From Octopus vulgaris (lineage: Eukaryota): a DNA stretch of 64,000 bases. The position numbers and the translations under genes are program-made. The notes below the pieces were generated by a model that had not been told where the DNA came from, made no database searches, and was given only the letters and a program-made list of their open reading frames with translations. The stretch is from assembly GCA_951406725.2 (NCBI GenBank), contig OX597838.1, forward strand, positions 23,436,001 through 23,500,000, written 5' to 3'. This document shows positions 54,050-64,000 of this stretch, one piece after another. Position 1 is the first letter of the stretch. Each line of letters opens with the position of its first letter.

Positions 54050-56086
54050 AAATAATTACAGAGGTATCAAGCTGTTGGATCAGGTAATGAAAGTCATGGA
54101 GAGGGTCATAGCCCAACTAATTAGGGAGAGAGTCAGTTTGGATGGGACGCAGTTAGGTTTTGTGTCAGGGAAAAGCACCACTGATGCTATATTTCTGGTA
54201 AGACAGCTGCAGGAGAAATACTTAGCCAAAGATAAGCCCTGTACCTCGCTTTCGTTGACATGGAGAAAGCCTTTGACAAAGTCCCCCGATCCCTTATCTG
54301 GTGGTCAATGAGGAAACTAGGGATAGATGAATGGTCAGTGAGAGCTGTGCAAGCCATGTACAGGGATGCTGTCAGTAAGGTGAGGGTTGGCAATGAGTAC
54401 ACTGAAGAATTCAGGGTAGAGGTAGAGATCCACCAAGGTTCAGTCCTCAGCCTCCTCCTATTTATCATAGTTGTCCAGGCAATAATGGAGGAATTCAAGA
54501 CAAGATGCTCCTCTATGCTGGTGACCTTGCTCCAATTGCTGAGTCACTATCAGAACTAGAGGAGAAGTTTCAAGTGTGGAAACAAGGATTAGAATCGAAG
54601 GGCCTTAGAGTCAACGTAACTAAAACCAAAGTCCTAATAGGTAGTAAGGCAAGCAAACCACAAATCCTTTCAGGTAGATGGCCCTGCTCGATCTGTAGTA
54701 GAAACTCTATAAGATGTACCCAGTGTAAGCTATGGACACATAAGAGGTGCGGTAATATTAAAGGAAGGCTAACTGGGAAGATAATTTTTGCATGTGGCAG
54801 ATGCTCAGGAGCAATAAACACTGAAAATGTGCAGAGAACAGCTTCTGTCACATTCCAAGAAGAAAAACTAGAAGTAGTTGATAGCTTCCATTACCTAGGT
54901 GACCAAGTCAGTAGTGAGGGTGGGTGCTCTGAAAGTGTAGCTGCTAGAATAGGAATAGCCTGCCCAAAGTTCAGAGGGCTCCTACCTCTGCTGGTGACAA
55001 AGGGCCTCTTGCACAGAGTAAAAGGTAGACTGTATGATGCATGTGTGAAAACAGCCATGCTACATGGCAGTGAAACATGGGCTGTGACTGCTGAGGGCAT
55101 GCATAAGCTTGCAAGGAATGAAGCCAGTATGCTCCGTTGGATGTGTAATGTCAGTGTGCATACTCAACAGAGTGTAAGCGCCCTGAGAGAAAAGTTAGAT
55201 TTAAGAAGCATCAGATGTGGGGTGCAAGAGAGACGACTGCGCTGGTATGGCTATGTGTTGTAAATGAATGAGGACAGCTGTGTGAAAAAGTGTCACACCC
55301 AAGCGGTTGAGGGAACCTGTGGAAGAGGTAGACCCAGGAAAATCTGAGATGAGGTGGTGAAGCACAACCTTCAAACATTGGGCCTTACCGAGGCAATGAC
55401 TAGCGACCAGGACCTTTGGAGATATGCTGTGCTTGAGATGACCCGACAAGCCAAGTGAGACCATAGTCTATGGCCTATGCCAGTGGGTGTAACCAGCCCA
55501 TTTATTAATACCCCTCATTCATTGGACAATAAACCTTGTTTGTGAAGACCTATTGAGGCACGTCAAATCAAAATTGCTGACGTGGCTGACAACAGTACTG
55601 CTGATTGGCACTTATGCCAGTGGAATGTTAAAAGCACATCCAAACGTGGAGTGTAACTGAGCCACTTATGAGTACCCGTCATTCATTGGACAATGAACTT
55701 TACTTGCGATGACCCATTTAGGTAAGTGTAAGCAAACCAAAATCACTGACGTGACTGATGACAGTACTGCCTGATTTGCACTCGTGCCAGTGGAACTTTA
55801 AAAGCACATCCGAGCGTGACTGTTGCCAGGGCCACGGATTGGCTCCTGTGCCAGTGACACGTGAAAAGCACCATTCAAGCATGATCGTAGCCAGCGTCGC
55901 TTTACCAGCACGAGCCAGTGGCATGTAAAAAGCACCCACTACACTCTCGGAGTGGTTGGCATTAGGAAGGGCATCCGGCTGTAGAAACTTTGCCAGCCTA
56001 GTGCAGCCTCTGACTCACCAGTTCTCAATCAAACCGTCCAACTCATGCCAGCACAGAAAGCGGATGTTAAACGATGATGATGATGA
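54050..56086 (+). mobile_element. 5'-truncated, frameshifted RTE-clade LINE: RT domain, long structured 3'UTR, (GAT)n tail
   Basis: NYRGIKLL, GF..GKSTTDAIF, FVDMEKAFD, HQGSVLS.LLF, LLYAGDL (YADD-equivalent, mutated), LHGSETW, RLRWYG; the 3' end matches the dispersed (cat)n repeats. Confidence 0.93.
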
Positions 56087-56198
56087 CATATCAGATATCT
56101 ATATAATAGAAACTCTGGGTACTTGTACAAGTGGTAGTGTTATGTTTATTAGAAATACATGTAGATTATCATAATACAGACTGCTTCCTGCATAATTA

Positions 56199-56743
56199 TC
56201 AGGTTGAGGAAAAAGTTTGTGCATCATGTTAAAATCATGCTTTTGTATATATTTTTGTGATGTGTGTGTTCATTCAGTTCATGTCATGTTCAGTGGTGAC
56301 TTACTGTGGGTTTGTGTGTATCCAATACTTGCTTGTTAAAAATGTGCTTTGTTTCAACTAGACAATGGAAAGCCACATATTGCCAGAGAGACCAGTAACA
56401 AGATTAGAGACTTGGACAGTGTTGAAGTTCTGCCACATCCAGACTTTAGTCCAGGCGTTGCTCCATCTGGCTACGGTCTCTTCCGATCAATGCAGCACTT
56501 TATGGAAGGTCACCGATTTGAGTCATTCAATGAAGTTGAAGAAGCCTGTAAAGAATTTTTCAATTCAAAGCCAAAGGATTAATACTTTGACCAAAATCAG
56601 AAGGCTTGTAGGTCATTGGCAGAAGGTAGTAGAAAACGATGGCCTTTATTTTGAAGAATAGTTGTTGTTGTTTTTAAATAAATTCTTGCATAAAATAAAA
56701 ATCATTATTTTAACATGGCACACAAACTTTTCCCTCAACCTAG
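56199..56743 (+). mobile_element. Internally deleted mariner element
   Basis: TIRs aggttgagg.aaaagtttgtg, TA flanks; DN..PH, LPHP.FSP..APS.Y.LF and W.KVVENDG.YFEE catalytic-domain relic. Confidence 0.88.
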
Positions 56744-59219
56744 TATTAAGTAAGTTCTATAATAAATAGTATTATTAGTTACAAACTACAGAGTAAATGT
56801 AGGAGAAATAAGGATAAACTCAGAGTTATATGTAACTTGTGGAGGCGCAATGGCCCAGTGGTTAGGGCAGCGGACTCGCGGTTTCAATACCCAGAGCGGG
56901 CGTTGTGTGTGTTTATTGAATGAAAACACCTAAAGCTCCATGAGGCTCTGGCAGGGGGGTGGGGGTGGCGACCCCTGTTGTACTCTTTCGTCCCAACTTT
57001 CTCTCACTCTTTCTTCCTGTTTCTTGAGTAACGCTGGAAGGGGATGGGAGAGTTTCTGAAAAACAGAGTTTCGGATCAGACGACCCACATAAGTTGAAAT
57101 TTTTCCGTTTTGATGGGAGATATTTTCCAATTTTTTTCAAGAATTCTTCAGAATGATGGGAAGCATCTTTTCACAAAAAAAAAAAAAGAAAATTTTGAAA
57201 ATTTTTTTTAACCTCGTCACCCCCTACCACCCTGATCCGGACTGATTTTGACCCTTTTTTTTCACTATGCACTTACAACCCATGAGAAAAATATTTTGTT
57301 TTAAAAGAGAAATTGTTAATAATTTCAATAGAAAATGTGTAATTTGAGAGAGATCTGGCTATTGTTTCTAGCATATCCAAAGACCTTCCTAGTTTCTTTT
57401 TCACTCTCACAGCTATTGAGGTTTTTCAATATTTTACTCCCCATAAACACATTTTATGGAATGATGATGCCAAAGTGATACATGGGATATAAACAAAGAA
57501 AAACAAATGGTAATTTAAATTTTTACACACACCCCAACCGAGCGAGGTCGTGTATGGGTGTGTGTGTGTGTGTAAGAAAAAAACATTTTCTAACAGAAAA
57601 TTATGCTATCAAAATAAATCATCTTTTACATACCTTTTATTAAAATCAAAACCACTCTGGATAAATCCCAGCAATAATCTTCTCAGGCTCTCCAATATTT
57701 TAGAATTATATAATCAGAAACAGTAGCGGACAGGGAGTGGGGCTAAGAAAAAATCATAAGTTTTCAAAGTTTTCTTTTTTTATATAGCATAAATGTGTTT
57801 TTTGGGGAAAATATTGTAAAACATGAATACATATTTTAACCCATATTTGGGTGAGAGTAAAACGAGGGTGGTATTGCGATATGCTAAAAACAATAGCTAA
57901 ATCTCCCTTAAATCACACACGTTTTTTCTTCTGAAAAGATATTTTTTTAATCGAAAAGGTTTCTCCCATGTTTTGTTTTTTTAAGTGCGTAGAGGAAAAA
58001 AAAAGTTTTAATGGTTCAAATCGGTCCGGACTGGGGTGGGAGTGAAAAAAAAAAATCATAAATTTTCAAAATGTCTTTTTTTTTTTTTTTTTTTTTTCGT
58101 GGAAAGATGCCTCCCATCATGCCGAAGACTGTGCTGATAAGTTCGAAAAAATCTCCATCAAAACAGAAATTCCAACTTAGGTGGACCGTCTGATCCGAAA
58201 CTTCGTTTTCCAGAAACTATCCCAACCCCGCCCCTCCCAAAAACTTTTTGCCTACAAATTTTTTTGTAATCGTAATTTACACCGTTTCAAAGGTATTTGT
58301 ATAAAATTTAATTAAAAAATACCTATTTTCCTGAAAGTTATTTGGGGGTGGGGAGGGAAATGTCGGGTCGTGTGAATTTTGCGAAACTCCTCTCCCCAAA
58401 CCCTCGGAAATTTTTTTTTTTTTTCCAACAAATCTTTACAAACACTCGATCTACAGGATCTAAGCGATAATTTGTTGAAAAGTTTTGTAAAAAAAAAAAA
58501 AAGTATCGATTTTTCTGGAAGTTATGAGACAACGAAACCCATGGGGTATACATCTGTAGTTATGTCCTTAAAAGCGGGCACGATATTCGAACTTACGAAC
58601 GTAATTTAAGTTGCTTGATCTTTCCGAAATAACAACCAAATCTCCCTCAAACCGATTTCTTCTTCTTTTCTTTTCTTTTTTTTTTTTTTTTTAGTATACA
58701 TTAAATAATATAATTGGTGTTATATTATGTGTCTAGAAAAATAAACCCGGATATGCTTTGATCCAATACACCTGCATGATCATATCTCAAATAAAAATCT
58801 CGGTAAATCAAACAAATTCAACAATCTCCATTTACAAGATCAGCATCGTTACCGATGTAATTCAATATTAGCAAGAGACTTTTTTTTTGTGACCAGATGC
58901 AAAATAATACTTACGGTCGATGTAGACATTACTTTAGTCGTTACCAAACACGAGGATCACAAGTTGAACTTTGAAAGCAAGGTGTGTACGAGTCAAATAA
59001 AAAAAAAAAAGAAACGGTGTAGAAAGGAATGTTGTTCCCACTGCTAATAAAAATCAACCCTAAGAAATACTTTAAAGATCAGCAAATAGTCAATGAAAGG
59101 CATACAATTACGACACTGGCTCGATCTTTGTTGGATTCAGCGACTTGTATTGCTTGGTGCGCCCGTCTCAGATTGTTGAAGAATTCTCACATACGCCCAG
59201 GGCGTAACTTTATTTAAAA

Positions 59220-60665
59220 CTAGCAGTATCGCCCGGCGTTGCTCGGGTTTGTTTCGACCCTTTAGAATTGGAATTTTTGAAAAGTAAAAATTTTGCATTA
59301 TGTAGCTTGTTATTCTCTTTGAGTGAACATTTTTCTGGTTGAAATACACCGAAAAATGACAACACTGCAGTCAAAAAATCGTAAAAAATAGGGATTTTCA
59401 TAGAAAAAAACCCACCTTTTTGATGTAAATAATTTTTGGGGATCTTTTCGGTTTGAACGGCAGTCTTTTAAAAATAATTTCCACGTAACTAAACACTTTT
59501 AAACTTCGTATACTGGTAGAATGTGCTTATAAAACATCTTTTTCTCTTGGCTTTATTGAGAAAATTCTATAGTTTGTAAGATATTTGTTGTTTTTTTCTT
59601 CAATTTCTGCAATTTCAACCAATCAATGACGTCTATTGAGGGTGAAAACATTTTGTGCCGTATGATTATGTCCCTCGTTTAAGAAACAGATTGGGTTTAT
59701 TTACATTTCTAAAGAAAAAAGATACCCTTCCCCCATCCCTAACCCTAAAACTGATTGGAATGCAATAGATCGATACTAGGGTCATAATTATGGGTGACAA
59801 TTTCATATGACACCGCTAGAAAAAACTGCCGTTCAAACCGAAAAGATCCATTTTTGGTCTTAACATGGTCCGATTTGAATTTTTTTTCTTCTACGGAATG
59901 AAGAGCAAGCCTTCTTCTATCATACTCTCAAGTTTGGTCAACTTGCGCTGCAGGGTCTCGGAGGAGTTAGTGTTAGTTGAAGGCTACCAAACCTGTCACA
60001 CACAGACAACTTCAGCTTTATATATATACTAGCAGTATCGCCCGGCGTTGCTCGGGTTTGTAAGGGAAATAACTATATAAGCATTTTTAGAGAGTTATAG
60101 CCAAAAAATAGCAAAAAATGCATTAAAAATGGAAAAAATATGATGGTAAATTTTTTTTTTTAAATCGTTGACTCATCGTAGACATTTTTAGAGAGTTACT
60201 TCCTTATATAATAGCGAAAAAATGCATTAAAATGGAAAGAAAACGATGGTAAATTTTTTTTAAATCGTAGACTCATGTAGACGCTTTCTTAGCCATTTCT
60301 GTTTTGGTGTCTTCAAGCCATGAAGTCGTTGTTCTAAAAGAACACTGGTCTCCTTGACAACGCATTACGACGTTGATTTCCTTACACTCCCTTCCCCACA
60401 GGTGCAGGTGTGAGCGTGGACGCCAACTCCGCCGCCATCGACACACGAAAAATTATGCATTAAAATGGAATAAAAAATGATGTTAAATTATTTTTAAAAT
60501 CGTAGACTCATCGTAGACGCGCGCTAATATTCAGACGGGCTCGATATGAATCACGACTATAAGCTACCCGAATTTGGTTAAACTGTACCGCAAAATGTGG
60601 GAGTAGTTAGGAATCTAAATCGAAGGGGACAGACACTCACACAACTACAGTTTTATATATATAGA
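59220..60665 (-). mobile_element. Two head-to-tail non-autonomous Helitrons (about 59220-60027 and 60029-60665)
   Basis: Same ctagcagtatcgcccggcgttgctcggg terminus at 59220 and 60029; same acaact.cag.tttatatata end. Confidence 0.82.
59440..59849. mobile_element. MITE with 25-bp perfect TIR and 8-bp TSD (Merlin-like ends), nested in a Helitron
   Basis: TIR ggatcttttcggtttgaacggcagt; TSD atttttgg at 59432-59439 and 59850-59857. Confidence 0.88.
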
Positions 60666-60789
60666 TATACATAGCGCAGTAGTGGTGAGATATGACAGCA
60701 AAGAAAAGCATACATTCACTCTCTGCATGCAATTAGACTCGGAAAGTTCGTGAGGAACCCATTGACCCAATTTGCTGACTTTTCCGATA

Positions 60790-61035
60790 GCACACAGGTG
60801 TCAATGAATGGTTGAATGACCAAATCCAAGCTTCTCTGCTAGTTCCTTAACAGTTACGATGATATTTTGTTCCAGCAGGGTTTTCAGGATGTCCTTGTCG
60901 AGTTCTACAGATCTTTCAGGATGAGGCTCGTCTTCTAGGCTGTAGTTTATGGCTCGGGATTTCTGGAACCACCATTGACACTGCCTTATGCTTATTGTCC
61001 AATCCCCATATACTGCATTAATATTTCTTGTACTT
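60790..61035 (-). mobile_element. Mariner N-terminal HTH relic
   Basis: RNINAVYG...IS.RQCQ.WFQK.R...YSLEDEP...R....D...LK..LEQN....T.KELAEKLG..HSTI. Confidence 0.8.
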
Positions 61036-61103
61036 TGCACACATTTATATTCTGTTATTCTTTTATATGTTTCAGCCTTGAGGTTGTGGCCATGCTGGAT
61101 CAT

Positions 61104-61267
61104 GTGTGTGTGTGTGTGTGTGTGTGTCTATCTGTCTGTATGTATATATGTATATGTATGTGTGTGAACAATAATATTTTCAACAGATGTGTTGCAAATG
61201 TATCTGATTGTTCTCAAGCTTCAATACTGTGTGTGTGTGTATGTGTGTATGTATGTATGTATATGTA

Positions 61268-61334
<67 letters not shown>

Positions 61335-61345
61335 ATGAGTGTATG
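61104..61345. repeat. Compound (TG)n/(TATG)n microsatellite
   Basis: Direct observation; long (TA)n tracts also at about 38914-38981, 48438-48476, 49178-49213 and 51540-51581. Confidence 0.95.
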
Positions 61346-61993
61346 TTTACTTTATTACTAATTACTCTCTTCCAAGAACATTTTCACTCACTCTTAGCTC
61401 TTAGCTTCCCATACATTTTACTCATGTATCTATCAGCGTCATAGACAGAATACTTTCACTTTAGTCTTCCTCAAATCACTCTGTCGCTATTTACTTTCAT
61501 TTTATTCGTTGCCCACTGTGTGTGTGCGTTTGCGTGTGGTGTAAACCAGACTAAGAAAAGCATTTGACACACACACCAGAATGTGAGTTTTCTGTAAATT
61601 TTGCTTAATTGGAGTTTAAATTTTAAAAACTGGACCTGGCATGACGCGATGCATTGTACTCTTAAAACTGCTAGGTAAATTGTAATTGAAGAAATCCTAT
61701 ATTGTAGATTTGTATAACTCCCAAAGGGAGGCAGATAAAATCTGCCTTTTATAATAAGAGATATATATATAGATAAGATTAACATTTTCCCCGTTTTTTT
61801 TTTTACTCGCTGTTCGTAGCGTGTATCATTTATAATTATGAAATATCTAACTGAAATAAACTTTTTGAATCACATGATTTTACGAACGTCAAATTAAGGA
61901 CTTTCCGAGATTGGTTATTTGGCAGACCTGTAATAGAATGTTGGACGGATTGCCAAGTGGTAACAACTCCGGTCATTTACATTCTGATGGATA

Positions 61994-62370
61994 CTCTTAC
62001 TCTTTTACTTGTTTCAGTCATTTGACTGCGGCCATGCTGGAGCACCGCCTTTAGTCGAGCAAATCGACCCTGGGACTTATTCTTTGTAAGCCCAGTACTT
62101 ATTCTATCGGTCTCTTTTGCCGAACCGCTAAGTTACGGAGACGTAAACACACCAGCATCGGTTGTCAAGCAATGCGAGGGGGACAAACACACATACACAT
62201 ATATATATACATATATTCGACAGGCTTCTTTTAGTTTCCGTCTACCAAATCCACTCACAAGGCATCGGTCGGCCCGGGGCTATAGCAGAAGATACTTGCC
62301 CAAGATGCCACGCAGTGGGACTGAACCCGGAACCATGTTGTTGGTTAGCAAGCTACTTACCACACAGCCA
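61994..62370 (-). mobile_element. SINE family A copy
   Basis: Full-length match. Confidence 0.88.
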
Positions 62371-62910
62371 GCAGTTTTTTTTAAATTTTTTTTTTTTTTT
62401 TAAGATCGGCGGTGTAGAGAATAGAAACTTGCATAGACGGGCAAAACAAATCCTGTCCAGGATAGCGCATACATGAATAACCCTGACCGAAGGTGGGAGG
62501 TCGGAGGAGTTTTGGATCAGGACGTCCACATAAGTTGGATAGTTGGATTTTCTCTGAGCTAGAAATGATGTGGAGGAGCGTTTTATAGGAGGATGTTTTT
62601 TTCGAAATTTATTTGTTTTCTGTCTCCTGCACATTTATCTCCTACCCCTAGGGTAAATTTAGCACCGTCCCCCTTTTTCTTTAACTACGTACTTAAAAAC
62701 GATGGAGGAAACCTTTTGACAAAAAAAATAAATAAATAAGTTTGAAAATATTTTCAGACGAAAAGGCGTGAGACTCAAGTGAGATTTAGCTGTTGTTTCG
62801 AGCACATCCTACAACCACCTGTTAACTTCCTGGTTTGTGTATGTGTATGTAAGAAATATTTACTAACAGAAAAGTATGTAGTGGTTAAGTGTGTATGTAA
62901 GCAAATACGT

Positions 62911-63268
62911 GTGGAGGCGCAATGGCCCAGTGGTTAGGGCAGCGGACTCGCGGTTTCGATTCCCAGACCGGGCGTTGTGAGTGTTTATTGAGCGAAAACA
63001 CCTAAAGCTCCACGAGGCTCCGGCAGGGGATGGTGGTGATCCCTGCTGTACTCTTTCACCACAACTTTCTCTCACTCTTACTTCCTGTTTCTGTTGTACC
63101 TGTATGTCACTCTCTGTGTCACGCTGAATATCCCCGAGAACTACGTTAAGGGTACACGTGTCTGTGGAGTGCTCAGCCACTTATTTTACGTTAATTTCAC
63201 GAGCAGGCTGTTCCGTTGATTCGAATCAACCAGAACCCTCGTCGTCGTAACCGACGGAGTGCTTCCAT
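62911..63268 (+). mobile_element. SINE family C copy
   Basis: Near-identical to the 36214-36605 copy; aagcaaatacgt flanks both ends (TSD). Confidence 0.87.
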
Positions 63269-64000
63269 CCAAGCAAATACGTAAACCGATTCATGATTGA
63301 AAAGCATTTATTTACAGTGTTGGTTTAGTTATTGGTCACAACATACAAAATGTAGGCAACTGCAACGAGTTGCTAGAATACAGAGTACATATTAGGAATG
63401 AATATATTTGTGTCAGGTGTGTGCGTGTTTCATTCGAAACAGAAGTCTATCGGCACTTCGAACATTTCTCTCTGTCTCTGTAGTCTGCCAAAATCCTTTG
63501 GGTCGTAGATAGATCTATCTCATCTGTCCGCTCCCGTCTCTGCTGCTATTGTCGTCTGCCTGCCTCTCCTGGTTTTATAATATGTGGTAGCTAGAAAGAC
63601 AGACATACCGCAGCAGAGTTTGTACCTAAATAGGTCAGCGCTTGTCCAGTTGAACTTCGCCTGACATGATGAGGTTGCAGGTCAAAGGGAGATGATCAAT
63701 CAATTTTTGACAGGACAAAGGAAACCTTTTTTCGCGCCTGTTGATCGTCGTGGTTTGGACGACCGAGAATTCCTGGATTCGGTTTCGAATCTAGGCTTAC
63801 TTACAAGTATGCTATTAAAGAACATTTTTCTCTTCTTTCTTCTTTCCTTCACGTTTGCGCTGTCTTCGGTTTGGGATTTGTATTTTAATGTGGATTATGT
63901 AACTAAAGTACATGAACTTTTTATGTACGAGAATGAAAAATCCATTTTCTCCCCTCCATACACACGCAAGCATGAATCTGACTCATACACTGTTTACTTT

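Noticed and set aside
59737-59748. ccctaaccctaa telomere-like motif
   Set aside because: Only two units, internal to a MITE.

Overview
Eukaryotic, AT-rich, repeat-dense genomic DNA, most likely a coleoid cephalopod (Octopus-like). That assignment is inferred from the SINE families, the (TA)n/(CA)n/(CAT)n microsatellites and the single-exon poly-C2H2 genes. Three host genes are supported. (1) The 3' 13 coding exons of argininosuccinate lyase (ASL, + strand, 5645-22039; 1182 nt = 393 aa + stop, all GT-AG, frame-consistent); its 5' exons were not found in the window. (2,3) Two tandem minus-strand C2H2 zinc-finger genes (32496-33629, 13 fingers; 49627-50682, 10 intact + 2 degenerate fingers). The rest is mostly transposon-derived: three tRNA-head SINE families, RTE-clade LINE fragments and their (GAT)n-tailed 3' ends, Tc1/mariner relics, several MITE types and non-autonomous Helitrons. 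The most notable oddities are a U6 snRNA-LINE 3' chimeric retrocopy, Penelope-type minimal hammerhead ribozyme motifs, a tandem hairpin+pseudoknot module array in a LINE 3'UTR, an overlapping frameshifting splice donor in ASL, and an inverted duplication bracketing an in-frame block of ASL exons. All calls were made by eye with no database searches; repeat boundaries are approximate and only representative repeat copies are listed.
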